From a virus (taxonomy: Duplodnaviria; Caudoviricetes): DNA of 63,793 bases. Shown one piece after another: positions 1 through 8,735 of this stretch; the stretch's first letter is position 1; each line of letters begins with the position of its first letter. Both the position numbers and the translations under genes were made by a program. The stretch is from IMG/VR virus record IMGVR_UViG_3300042860_002533, positions 1 to 63,793 of that record, one strand, 5' to 3'. The notes beneath the pieces are model-generated. The model was not told where the DNA came from. It was given only the letters and a program-made list of their open reading frames with translations, and did not search any database.

Positions 1-319
1 CGGCCAGCCATGCCCAGCTTTCCTCTCACCGTCAGTCCAATAGTCCCGCAGATTCCCCGAATAGCGGCTGTGCCGCCGCCAATCGAAACGGCCGGAATGC
101 CTACCCCTAGCCAACTTTCGCTCCTGCACACGATCCTGCACAAACATCAGGGCCAGAAACACGCCAACCGCTAAGTTCAACCCCAACCAGACCGCAACAA
201 CCACGCACAGGTGCGTCAATCTTCTTCCCAGCCGTCGTCATGCTCCCCCGATAGAAGCTGGTACCAGTAGCCGCCGAAATAGGCGAACACACCAACACCG
301 GCCAAGATCAAAGAACCAA
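1..319 (+). repeat. Terminal direct repeat, left copy (assembly circularisation overlap)
   Basis: Matches 63475..63793 apart from 5 substitutions (positions 101, 109, 113, 121, 192). Confidence 0.95.
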
Positions 320-341
320 GAAGAGCCGCAACTGCAATCAC
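216..341 (-). CDS. Small membrane protein (41 aa)
   Basis: Hand translation MIAVAALLGSLILAGVGVFAYFGGYWYQ...; 4-bp start/stop overlaps with both neighbours. Confidence 0.6.
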   Translation of the reverse strand: MIAVAALLGSLILAGVGVFAYFGGYWYQLLSGEHDDGWEED

Positions 342-493
342 TTGTAACACCCCACAGTCTCAGGGTTTTGCATGTGCGGGGAGCAAGCCCCGAACGTGAA
401 AACCACACCAACAAGAAACGCTAGAAAGCTGAAAGCGGCCACGTTCTCACGCGCCACCAGCCCAACACGCCACAGAGTCCAGCGGTCACTCAT
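338..493 (-). CDS. Small membrane protein (51 aa)
   Basis: Hand translation MSDRWTLW...FSFLAFLVGVVFTFGAC...; coupled to neighbours. Confidence 0.55.
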   Translation of the reverse strand: MSDRWTLWRVGLVARENVAAFSFLAFLVGVVFTFGACSPHMQNPETVGCYK

Positions 494-776
494 AGCTGAT
501 CGACTCCCACGTCAACGTGTGCAGCGTGACGATGCGCTTATGCCACCGCTCCCCCGGCACACTTGGGCGTTCCTCGCGGGTTTCGCTGCGCTTGTAAACC
601 ACATCACCCCAAGGGGCGAACAAACGCTGAACCTTCCCATCGTCCACCGTCACCTTGATGCCCTCAGGCTCACTTACCATGTTGTCCCGCTTCCCAAATC
701 GCAGATACATCGAAACCGACAGGGCCACAACCAAGACCGACCAAACGATCAACGCAGCCAATATCTCCCCGGTCAC
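486..776 (-). CDS. Hypothetical protein with N-terminal TM helix
   Basis: GTG start overlapping upstream stop (GTGA); hydrophobic ILAALIVWSVLVVAL. Confidence 0.6.
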   Translation of the reverse strand: MTGEILAALIVWSVLVVALSVSMYLRFGKRDNMVSEPEGIKVTVDDGKVQRLFAPWGDVVYKRSETREERPSVPGERWHKRIVTLHTLTWESISYE

Positions 777-994
777 TTGACCGCCCTTTGGTAGTCCACA
801 ACGCCGTCCCACTTCGTTCCGCAACCAGACCGGCAGCACCACTTACCTTGATTGCCGTACTCAAAGGTCAGTAGCCAGACACCGGAGCGGTGCAGGCAGC
901 AGTTAGGGCACGGCTGGGAATGAACATCGTCGTACTGCCACTTGCCGGTTCCCCGGCACAAAGAACAGTCACTCATGGTCATCCTTAAACGCAT
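773..994 (-). CDS. Small Cys-rich hypothetical protein
   Basis: CSLCRGTG / CPNC / CCRSGC motifs; fits the operon. Confidence 0.6.
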   Translation of the reverse strand: MRLRMTMSDCSLCRGTGKWQYDDVHSQPCPNCCLHRSGVWLLTFEYGNQGKWCCRSGCGTKWDGVVDYQRAVK

Positions 995-1048
995 GACGGA
1001 CTTCGGGGCGCTGCCAGAGCATCAAGAAACGCCACCACCAGTAGCGGA

Positions 1049-1816
1049 TCACCCGACCTCATCAATGAAGCCGTAAGACAGGGACTCAGCGGAGTCCAGC
1101 CACACATCACGCCGCTGCCACATCGTCTGAAACGCATCTAACGTGATCTTGCCTTCGGCGCGGGCCACAAACAGGCGTGCGATCCGCGAGGACATAACCT
1201 CAAACCAGCGGGCCATGTCTTTAATGTCTCCGGTAGACCCCTCGGCCACACCGGACGGCTCATGCACCAGCAAGTAGGCTTCGCTGCCCATTCGCCGCAC
1301 ATCAGCGGTCTGCAAGATGATCGCCGCCATGCTCGCAGCGAAACCACGCACAGTGATCGTAACTTTGTGAGTTCCGCCGCCCCGCAACGAATACTGAGTC
1401 AACTGGTCAACCAGAGACATGCCGTGGATCACCGATCCACCCGGCGAGTTGATGCGGATTTCCAGATCGCAGTCAGGGTCTTGCCGGTGCCACGCATCCA
1501 GCGTGCAAAGGCATGAGTTGACCGTTTTTTGGGTCACGTCGCCCTCAAAGCGGTAGACGTGATGGTAGAAGTCGCCCAACAAGTCGAAGTCCTCTTGGCG
1601 GATCACCTTGTCGCGGCTGATGCGCTGAATTTCCGACTCGTAGCGTGCCGATTCAGCTTCCCAGCGGGCTTGTTCAGCTTCGGCCTTCTTGATCGCGGAG
1701 TCGCAGTTGTAATCAGCAACCCCAGCCTCAGCCAGAGCCGCTTCAGCGTTCATCTTGCGGATTTCCGCAATCCGCATCTGCTCGTCAAGTTCTAGCGGAG
1801 TTCCGTTGCGTGCCAA
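1049..1816 (-). CDS. clpP: ClpP-like (S14) serine protease with N-terminal coiled-coil extension
   Basis: INSPGGSV, GFAASMA (catalytic Ser), VHEP (His), RDVWL (Asp), YGFIDEV; GAGGA RBS before TTG at 1816. Confidence 0.9.
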   Translation of the reverse strand: MARNGTPLELDEQMRIAEIRKMNAEAALAEAGVADYNCDSAIKKAEAEQARWEAESARYESEIQRISRDKVIRQEDFDLLGDFYHHVYRFEGDVTQKTVNSCLCTLDAWHRQDPDCDLEIRINSPGGSVIHGMSLVDQLTQYSLRGGGTHKVTITVRGFAASMAAIILQTADVRRMGSEAYLLVHEPSGVAEGSTGDIKDMARWFEVMSSRIARLFVARAEGKITLDAFQTMWQRRDVWLDSAESLSYGFIDEVG

Positions 1817-1826
1817 ATTGATTTCC

Positions 1827-2147
1827 TCAATCCCAGAGATAGTGAAAGTTGCCCCGTAGAAGCTTCCAGTGCTTTTTTTTCGGTTTCGGTTCGCCGGTCT
1901 TGCGGCTGAGAGTGAAGCCGTCACGAATCTCAGTGAGGATTGCGTGCCATTCGGACTCCGAAAGATGCCCTGGAATCGTGGAGCTTTTAGCGATCATGCG
2001 TTCACACCCGGCCACGATCACGTCGGCCAAGAACACATCGAAGTTCCACATATCAATTTCTGATATGCCGCTTTCGTACCGCTGGGTTGCGTGGCGCTTC
2101 TGCTGCCATTCGGTCATGCTGTTGACGAAGCGGTCTGCTCCGATCAT
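1827..2147 (-). CDS. Hypothetical protein
   Basis: ORF with ATGA overlap to upstream gene. Confidence 0.7.
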   Translation of the reverse strand: MIGADRFVNSMTEWQQKRHATQRYESGISEIDMWNFDVFLADVIVAGCERMIAKSSTIPGHLSESEWHAILTEIRDGFTLSRKTGEPKPKKKHWKLLRGNFHYLWD

Positions 2148-2491
2148 GTGCTTTCACCAAACAGAGGGCGGTCAATTTCGTAGCCGCGCAACACTTCCTT
2201 GAAATGCTCGGTCATGCTCTGCTCCTTGAAGCCGCCAAACTCGTTAAAACCGCCAAACATTACCGCAACCAGCTTGTCGGCAATTTCGCCCAGTAGGGCT
2301 TCTTGCTCAAGAGCCGCTTTGATGTGCTTTAGCTCAAAGAGTAGCGAATCGTGGCTCCATTCACTGATTTCGGGATAGCCTTGGTCGTAGAGCTTGCTGA
2401 CCTTCTTCAGAACCTCAGCGGCCTGTTCAACGTCAGCGACCGTCAACTGATCGCCGCCGACGTTTACACCGAAGTTCAAATCTCGGCTCAC
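2144..2491 (-). CDS. Hypothetical protein
   Basis: ORF coupled to ssb by a 4-bp overlap. Confidence 0.7.
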   Translation of the reverse strand: MSRDLNFGVNVGGDQLTVADVEQAAEVLKKVSKLYDQGYPEISEWSHDSLLFELKHIKAALEQEALLGEIADKLVAVMFGGFNEFGGFKEQSMTEHFKEVLRGYEIDRPLFGEST

Positions 2492-2856
2492 CAGGCGGCT
2501 TCCTGAACCGGGGCGGCAGCCGACTTGCGGGAACGCACGCTTGAACCGATTTCCTCAGCGGCAAGCTCAAGGACAGTGTTCTTCTTGCCGTCCTTCTCCC
2601 ACGAACGCTGCTTGAGCGCCCCGGTAACAATCACCAGATCGCCCTTTTTCAGCGAGTCAGCAGCACCCTCAGCAAGCTGACGCCACGCAGTCACAGTCAG
2701 GAACAGGCTCTCGCCGTCCTCCCACTGCGAGGTCTGCTTGTTGTACTTGCGGTCGTTGCGGGCCACCGTGAACTTCACCACCGCATCACCGGCCGGGATG
2801 AAGCGAATCTCCGGATCGGCAGTCAGACGGCCGACAATCGTTGTGGTAACACTCAT
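2488..2856 (-). CDS. ssb: Single-stranded DNA-binding protein
   Basis: TTIVGRLTADPEIRF...FTVA...WRQLAE...LKKGDLVIVTGALKQRSW actinobacterial SSB signature. Confidence 0.95.
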   Translation of the reverse strand: MSVTTTIVGRLTADPEIRFIPAGDAVVKFTVARNDRKYNKQTSQWEDGESLFLTVTAWRQLAEGAADSLKKGDLVIVTGALKQRSWEKDGKKNTVLELAAEEIGSSVRSRKSAAAPVQEAAW

Positions 2857-3512
2857 TTCTTTTGCTTCCCCTTAATCATTTCCAGGCAATAAGCCTGATA
2901 GTCGGTGTCGGGTTTCCGCTCACCACAGTTGGAACACTCCACAGTTGCCGATCCAGTCAACTGCCCCAGGAAAGGCATTGAGCATGACCAGCAAGGTGCC
3001 GAACGGCGCTCCCACTGAGCCTCAAAGCCCAGTAGTTTCGTCGCACGGCGATGGACGGCAGCAACTTGTAGTGCTAGATCAGCGCCGTCCCAATACACCA
3101 GTTGCTCGCAGTCGCCACGCCACACCTTGAATAGCTTCGACGGCTGCGCCACCAGATCGCGGATCATGTAGTTACCTACCCGCGAAACAATCTCGTCAAT
3201 GTCGGTCACCAAAGCCTCGGCCGCGAGGTTCAAAGGCGACTGAGGCTCTTTAGTCGCGGAGACACGCGACTGCATAGCAGTGACCGGCTTGATGCCAACA
3301 AACAGACGAACCGCTTCCTGAATCTGGATCAGTTTGTCCCGCTTCAACTGAACCGCGTCCAAGCAACTGACACACAGAGTGTCCGGTTTACTTGTTGCCG
3401 CAGCAGAATCGCCAGAACGCGCCACGCACCAACGACCAGACCGGCAGCGGTGATCTACGACGCTTGGTTCCGATGCTTCTGATGCCAAATCCGGCTTCCT
3501 TCGTACTTGCAA
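2853..3512 (-). CDS. Zinc-ribbon-containing hypothetical protein
   Basis: Several CxxC pairs (CVSC, CWSC, CSNC); exact start uncertain. Confidence 0.7.
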   Translation of the reverse strand: MQVRRKPDLASEASEPSVVDHRCRSGRWCVARSGDSAAATSKPDTLCVSCLDAVQLKRDKLIQIQEAVRLFVGIKPVTAMQSRVSATKEPQSPLNLAAEALVTDIDEIVSRVGNYMIRDLVAQPSKLFKVWRGDCEQLVYWDGADLALQVAAVHRRATKLLGFEAQWERRSAPCWSCSMPFLGQLTGSATVECSNCGERKPDTDYQAYCLEMIKGKQKK

Positions 3513-3865
3513 ATCCGGCAGCGACGGCTTCCGCTCCCAGGCTCGACGTAAAGGTTGTCGCCCTCAATGACGTGGCCGCGTTTGCACGTCGGCTTGGGTG
3601 GCACGACCCGGCGAGCTTGAAGCTCCTTCCAAAGACGGTGCCGCTCAAGCGGACCTAAGCCACCCCAAACCCCGGCCCGCTCAGAAGCGATATGGGAACG
3701 CTCGTAGTACAGGGCAGCCGATAGGCAATGTCGGCGCACCGGGCATCCGGCACAGATCGCTTTAGCCAACCTCGACTCCGCGCTGTTACCGCCGCCCTTT
3801 GTCTGCTCAAAGAACGGCTCAGTGCCTATCTCTTGGCAGGATGCGTATTCTCGCCAGTTCTCCAT
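3455..3865 (-). CDS. whiB: WhiB-family transcription factor with C-terminal CxRGH...CxxC domain
   Basis: W...A.C...FF, AKAICAGCPVRRHCL, GVWGG. Confidence 0.92.
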   Translation of the reverse strand: MENWREYASCQEIGTEPFFEQTKGGGNSAESRLAKAICAGCPVRRHCLSAALYYERSHIASERAGVWGGLGPLERHRLWKELQARRVVPPKPTCKRGHVIEGDNLYVEPGSGSRRCRICKYEGSRIWHQKHRNQAS

Positions 3866-3876
3866 GTTGCCTCTCC

Positions 3877-4212
3877 CTAACCGTCCCGCGACGGCCGGAA
3901 CCAGCGCGACACAAACCGGTACTCACGGTCGACGCGATTTACGTCCTTCACCGTCTTAAACACATATTCGGCTTGACTGAAGTTCTCTGCCGGTGGCAGT
4001 TCAGTCCCGTCGTCCCGTGAGGGAATCCACTGCAAGTCCCGGTTCACACCCAGGTCGGCCACAATCTCCTGAGCGACGTGGTGCGCAAACGTGGTGAAAC
4101 CCTGGCCCCACTTGTTACAGAACTTGCAACGCCAAAGCTCATGCGGATTCAGAATGTCGTGGTCGGCTATCCGCTCCGCGATCCGCTGAATCACTTCGTA
4201 GTGGTCACTCAT
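3877..4212 (-). CDS. Hypothetical protein (paralog of 63044..63292)
   Basis: HVAQEIVADLG and RFVSRW motifs shared with two other ORFs here. Confidence 0.7.
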   Translation of the reverse strand: MSDHYEVIQRIAERIADHDILNPHELWRCKFCNKWGQGFTTFAHHVAQEIVADLGVNRDLQWIPSRDDGTELPPAENFSQAEYVFKTVKDVNRVDREYRFVSRWFRPSRDG

Positions 4213-4594
4213 AACGTCCCTTTTGTGGCTGCCCGGTGATTAGTGCGACCAGATCGCGTAGCTCCATCACACAGAAGTAACTTCCTGGGTCTGTAGTTCC
4301 TCGCCGCTTCGCCACGACCACCCCACACAGGGCATCGTCGTTACCCGCTTCGACGTGCGCCTCACGAATCCAGCCGGGAAAGTCAAGCCGCGCACAATCC
4401 TTGGCTTCAATAACGAGGCGTTGGCCGTGAACGCGGACACCGCCAATGTCTCCCCGGTCGGCGCTGCCCGTTTTCACCTTGCGGTCGATGCGGTCGTCAT
4501 CCAGGGCGGCAGCCAGATAATCGGCTACCGCCCTTTCAGTGCGGCTCCCAGCGGCCTTAGCTGACCTTCGTGAGCGTGCCACCGCTTCCGCCAA
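4205..4594 (-). CDS. Holliday junction resolvase (PD-(D/E)xK type)
   Basis: KAAGSRTERAVADYL, DRGDI, VIEAK motifs; next to helicase. Confidence 0.85.
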   Translation of the reverse strand: MAEAVARSRRSAKAAGSRTERAVADYLAAALDDDRIDRKVKTGSADRGDIGGVRVHGQRLVIEAKDCARLDFPGWIREAHVEAGNDDALCGVVVAKRRGTTDPGSYFCVMELRDLVALITGQPQKGRYE

Positions 4595-5021
4595 TCTCTA
4601 AGTACACGTCACCGGTTTTCTCGTCGTAGCGGTAGCGGTACTTCGACATATCCTCACCGCCCCACACACCATGAGTTTCGTAGTGGTCGAAAGCGTTCCT
4701 GCGGCACTGCTCAATCACCGGGCAAGTAGCGCAAATCGCCTGTGCCTGTTTGATGTACTTACGGGCACCAATACCCGCCTTCGGCGGGAAGAACAGGTTG
4801 GTATCCGCGTCCTTGCAAGCCGCATCTTCACGCCAACCCTCAGGACCGGCCTCCGCGTGCTTAAGGCGAGGCTTGGGGCGGCTCAGCCACACCCAAACAT
4901 TGCCCTCGGAAATCTGTAAGCGTTCAGCGATTTCCTCGGCCTTCACGCCGTTGGCGTGCAGTTCATGAATCATGTAGCGGCGGCGTAAAGCCGACAGATC
5001 GAAATAGGTTGGGTTTGCCAA
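4557..5021 (-). CDS. whiB: WhiB-family regulator with N-terminal HTH
   Basis: WREDAAC...LFFP, ICATCPVIEQC, GVWGG; N-terminal AEEIAERLQISEGNV. Confidence 0.9.
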   Translation of the reverse strand: MANPTYFDLSALRRRYMIHELHANGVKAEEIAERLQISEGNVWVWLSRPKPRLKHAEAGPEGWREDAACKDADTNLFFPPKAGIGARKYIKQAQAICATCPVIEQCRRNAFDHYETHGVWGGEDMSKYRYRYDEKTGDVYLEIGGSGGTLTKVS

Positions 5022-5101
5022 TTCGGGAACCTCTCTAATACAGAACAAGCAACAGGCACAAGGCCCAGCACGCCAGGATCGCCAAGACCCTCACGGCCAC
5101 T

Positions 5102-6421
5102 TCAATTTGAAAAGAATCCATCCGGCATATAACCCATCTGTTCCATGCAGTCCTTTTCCTCATCAGATGAGGACAGTCGTGCGTATCGGCCCTCAAAATG
5201 CAGGTCAACCGAACCGGTACGGCCGACACGGTTTTTGCCGCAGATCATCCGCACTGCCGCCTCGTCGTCGTCGGGGCGGTGCAGCAACAACACCTGATCT
5301 GAGTCCTGCTCAACCGCTCCTGACTCACGCAGGTCTGCAATCGTCGGATCGCGTGGCTTGCCGTCCTTTACCGGGCCGCGATTCAACTGCGCCGCAACCA
5401 CAACCGCAATACCCAACTCGCGTGCCATGATCTTCAAGCTGCGCGAAATGTGCGCCACCTGCTGCTCGCGGGACACCCGGCTGTCGGATGCCGTCACAAG
5501 TTGCAGATAGTCCACAACAGCAACTTCAAGATTCGGGATCGTGCGGCACCGTGCAGCGATCTGCTCGACGGTCAGCTTCTCCCGATCATCAACCCACAAA
5601 GGCATCGCTGAGTACTTGTGTGTATAGCTGTCGATCCGGCCAAGCGAGTCAGCTTCCAGCTTGCGGCGAAGAAGCTGCCGCATTTCCACATCACCGCCAC
5701 ACGCCAGAATCCTCGTCGTGACCTCCTGGCGGCTCATCTCCAACGAGAAGAAAATTGCCGGGTGGCCGTTCTCCGCTGCATGGGCGGCAATGTTCAACCC
5801 GCCCAACGACTTTCCCACGCTGGGACGGCCACCAATAGTGACCAGACGGCCCTTAGCCAGACCGCCGTTAAGCCAGTCGTTGACCTCCCACCACGGCGTA
5901 GGGATGCAGTCAGAGTTGTCGTCGTCCCACAGCTTCCACTGCTCAATCAACTCATCGAACTTCGTTGTGCCGCTGGATTCCGGCTCGCTCATGTTACGGA
6001 TAAGCTTTGTGGCCTTGGCGTAAACCTCAGCCGACTCGTAGCCGTCTGTATAGGCCAACTGCTGCAACTGCACACCAAGCTCCGCTAGACGGCGCAGGCG
6101 TGACTTCTCCGCGATCACAGCGGCGTACTCAGGTGCGTTCTGGACAAGGGGAACCGTCTGGATCAAATCGACCAGATAGTGCGCCCCGCCTGTGCGGGTT
6201 GCCTGACCGCGAGACTCCAACTCTGCGCCCACGGTCACCGGGTCAATGGCATCACCGCGAGTGAACATTTCGATGATCGCCGCGTGGATCAACTGGTGCT
6301 TAGGCAGGTAGTAGGAGTCGTGCGAGATGGTGTCGATGATTTTCGGAATGGACTTCGGTGATGTGAGAATCGCTCCCAGGAGAGACTTTTCAGCGAACTC
6401 GTCGTTAGGTGGCTGTGTCAT
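5102..6421 (-). CDS. dnaB: DnaB-like replicative helicase
   Basis: AEKSLLG N-domain, Walker A GRPSVGKS, FSLEM, VDYLQL, QLNR, DLRESGAVEQDSD, KNRVG. Confidence 0.97.
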   Translation of the reverse strand: MTQPPNDEFAEKSLLGAILTSPKSIPKIIDTISHDSYYLPKHQLIHAAIIEMFTRGDAIDPVTVGAELESRGQATRTGGAHYLVDLIQTVPLVQNAPEYAAVIAEKSRLRRLAELGVQLQQLAYTDGYESAEVYAKATKLIRNMSEPESSGTTKFDELIEQWKLWDDDNSDCIPTPWWEVNDWLNGGLAKGRLVTIGGRPSVGKSLGGLNIAAHAAENGHPAIFFSLEMSRQEVTTRILACGGDVEMRQLLRRKLEADSLGRIDSYTHKYSAMPLWVDDREKLTVEQIAARCRTIPNLEVAVVDYLQLVTASDSRVSREQQVAHISRSLKIMARELGIAVVVAAQLNRGPVKDGKPRDPTIADLRESGAVEQDSDQVLLLHRPDDDEAAVRMICGKNRVGRTGSVDLHFEGRYARLSSSDEEKDCMEQMGYMPDGFFSN

Positions 6422-7094
6422 TTCGTAAACCTGCCTCTACCTCGTCTAGCCACTCGTTCTTGCTGTGCCGCATAAATTCGCGGGCTTTGTTCAAGCCGAT
6501 ACGCGGCGGGGTGTCCGGTGCCGTCCAGCGGTATCCGTACTCAGCGAGTAGGGTCATGTTCCCCGTTTCGCGTGCGTGCTTGATCGCCGCGTGTACGCCG
6601 GTTTCACCCTCGCGGATTGCGTCGGAAACAAAGTAGGCAAGCCAAGTCACCCTCGCGTCCGGTCGCGCCGCCCACTTGCGGAGGGCGAACTCAATGACCG
6701 GCTTAGTGGCCCCTTCGTCAATCAGCTTCTCGACCTCTTTAGCCAGCCGCGACTGAATCTCCGCTGGATGGTCACCCAAGACGTTGAACACAATCCGGAC
6801 GGCCGACGTGCGAGCGCCCTTGCCCACAAAGTCGGGATTCCACTCAAGCCAGTCCTTGAACTCGTATCCGCCGTCGACCTCATGCCACAAACCGGCATCG
6901 ACCAAGGCGCGAATCTCTGACTCGCTGCCCAAGTCCAATGCCTGCTCGCGGCTCAACCGCCCCTGCTGCCGGTGATCCCGGCAGAAGCAGTTAGCGAACA
7001 GCCACAGGGCGATAGACCCCGGCTCAGATACCCGCGCTTTGACTGCCTTGGGGTGGCAGTAGAACCGTTTGTCAATCTTGCTCAACTCGGGCAT
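6405..7094 (-). CDS. Putative replication initiator / helicase loader
   Basis: KIDKRFYCHPK and LVDAGLW...GYEFKDW resemble actinophage RepA-like N-domains; directly upstream of dnaB. Confidence 0.65.
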   Translation of the reverse strand: MPELSKIDKRFYCHPKAVKARVSEPGSIALWLFANCFCRDHRQQGRLSREQALDLGSESEIRALVDAGLWHEVDGGYEFKDWLEWNPDFVGKGARTSAVRIVFNVLGDHPAEIQSRLAKEVEKLIDEGATKPVIEFALRKWAARPDARVTWLAYFVSDAIREGETGVHAAIKHARETGNMTLLAEYGYRWTAPDTPPRIGLNKAREFMRHSKNEWLDEVEAGLRNDTAT

Positions 7095-7103
7095 CTGGAT
7101 ACC

Positions 7104-7301
7104 TCATTCCAAGGGTTGAACCGCGCTTTCACGGACAATTACGTTCGACACCGGGGCCAGCCGTGACCCAATTCCCCCGAAATCGGTAGCAGGGTCAATC
7201 AATACCCGCGCCAAAATCCATCCGTGATGAGTCTCCACAACCTCGCCCCGGCAGACTTCCCCATCGAAATCAACTAATACGTCGTCGCCAATTTCAAACA
7301 A
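7104..7301 (-). CDS. Small beta-rich hypothetical protein
   Basis: ORF in operon with TTG start. Confidence 0.65.
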   Translation of the reverse strand: MFEIGDDVLVDFDGEVCRGEVVETHHGWILARVLIDPATDFGGIGSRLAPVSNVIVRESAVQPLE

Positions 7302-7410
7302 TGCCGCTTACCCCTAGTTCCCTCTTGCCCTTCAGCGATACGACAGAACCGTCACTGCCGACTAGGTACTTGCCGCCGTAGCCGGGTACCTCCCGCCATT
7401 CCTCAAACAT
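7294..7410 (-). pseudogene. NUMOD4-motif micro-ORF (38 aa), likely homing endonuclease remnant
   Basis: Hand translation MFEEWREVPGYGGKYLVGSDGSVVSLKGKRELGVSGIV*; no HNH domain follows. Confidence 0.7.
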
Positions 7411-7723
7411 CAATCACTTTTCCCTCATCGTCTAAATAGGCCCAGCGGCTCATCCGCCACTGAACAGGGACTTCCAACGGGTTTTCCCAAGGCTTCACAT
7501 GGAATCCCTCAGCACTGGCAGCCGCAGAGTTGGCACCGGCCCAGCCGTGGCAGCCGGTAACCCCGGTGCCGCATAACAGGACACAGTTTCCGGCCGTCCA
7601 GCCGCCCCCCTGAGAGCGATTCTTGCGGTGATGCACAGTCAGTACCGGCCCGCCGCTACAGCAGCGTTCACAGAAGCGTTCAGCCCGTTCGTACACAATT
7701 GCGCGGCAGGACTTCTCACCCAT
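7403..7723 (-). CDS. HNH-like endonuclease
   Basis: CERC...HHRKNRSQGG...NCVLLCG.G.TGCH. Confidence 0.85.
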   Translation of the reverse strand: MGEKSCRAIVYERAERFCERCCSGGPVLTVHHRKNRSQGGGWTAGNCVLLCGTGVTGCHGWAGANSAAASAEGFHVKPWENPLEVPVQWRMSRWAYLDDEGKVIDV

Positions 7724-7913
7724 TCGGGTTATTGGCACTCTCCGCCACCGGAACAGTCGAGTAAACCGAACGCCGCTCGTTCCACAGCACGCACCGCATG
7801 GGAATCTCGCGGTGGCCGTGCCGCCCCTCATGGCCGAACTCTTTGGTGCAGACCACCCACTCCCGTGAAGGATGGGAAGCACCGCAAATCTGGAAACCAG
7901 TCACCGCTACCAC
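7716..7913 (-). CDS. Small Cys/His hypothetical protein
   Basis: C...C....GH.G.H motif; overlaps neighbours. Confidence 0.55.
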   Translation of the reverse strand: MVAVTGFQICGASHPSREWVVCTKEFGHEGRHGHREIPMRCVLWNERRSVYSTVPVAESANNPNG

Positions 7914-8260
7914 TCTCCGCGTCCCGCATCCTGATACGCCTGCCGCACCGATACACCAATGGACCGCAAGGCATCCAGCTTCTTCTCCAAAGCCTTGTTC
8001 CGGCGTTCCGCGTGCCGGTATGCCACATCAGCGGCATCGCGCAGTGTGCGCTCCACGTCAGTAGCAATCTCGGCCGCATACTTCTTCGCGTGCGCCGCAC
8101 CCTCGTAAGACATATACGCTTTGGCGAACTCCAAATCGTAGATGCGATCAGCCTCAAGGAAGCGGTCATAACCCTCAGTGGCAACCTGAATGCCGCGAGC
8201 AATCTCGTTGACCGTTTCCAGAATTTCTTTCTCGACCCGAACCGGGTTGTAATCACTCAC
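7907..8260 (-). CDS. Helical hypothetical protein
   Basis: GTG start coupled to the upstream stop; coiled-coil character. Confidence 0.75.
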   Translation of the reverse strand: MSDYNPVRVEKEILETVNEIARGIQVATEGYDRFLEADRIYDLEFAKAYMSYEGAAHAKKYAAEIATDVERTLRDAADVAYRHAERRNKALEKKLDALRSIGVSVRQAYQDAGRGEW

Positions 8261-8496
8261 AGGTAGTCCTTCTTCCGCCACACGGCAGCAGGAAAGTTCT
8301 TCTCAACACCGCTACGTTGCGCGGCCGCATCGGACGTATCCCCATAGACACGGCAGCCGAACACGCAAGGGTCGAAACCCTCAAAGTATTCCGCAGCCTC
8401 AGCCTCAGTGGTTGGTGTCCCGTCATGGGTGAGGCAGACCGGGGCGGAAATCCATCCAGCTTCCACCCCGGCCGTGATCCACTCGCGGTAGGTCAC
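8257..8496 (-). CDS. Hypothetical protein
   Basis: GWISAPVCLTHDG...DPC motif; coupled ORF. Confidence 0.7.
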   Translation of the reverse strand: MTYREWITAGVEAGWISAPVCLTHDGTPTTEAEAAEYFEGFDPCVFGCRVYGDTSDAAAQRSGVEKNFPAAVWRKKDYL

Positions 8497-8735
8497 TCCG
8501 CAGTCTCCCCAAACTGCTCGGCAATGTACTGCTCAACCTGGGACCGCCGCGCCTTCACCCGCCGCCCAAAGTAGGCGAACTTGATTGGCGTAGTGCCCTT
8601 CGCCCGCCAAACGTGAATCGTTGAAACGCTCACCCCCAGCATTTCGGCAACGTCCTCAATGTTGATGAGGTCAGACGAAACCTTTGCTGTCTCGTAGACC
8701 TCGCCGGTATCGCGCCAGTATTGGCTCCTTGCCAT
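8493..8735 (-). CDS. HTH DNA-binding protein (excisionase/AlpA-like)
   Basis: LINIEDVAEMLGVSVSTIHVWRAKG...GRRV. Confidence 0.85.
   Translation of the reverse strand: MARSQYWRDTGEVYETAKVSSDLINIEDVAEMLGVSVSTIHVWRAKGTTPIKFAYFGRRVKARRSQVEQYIAEQFGETAE

Noticed and set aside
5102-6421. Intein or intron in dnaB (also checked terL)
   Set aside because: Both proteins are of normal length with contiguous motifs
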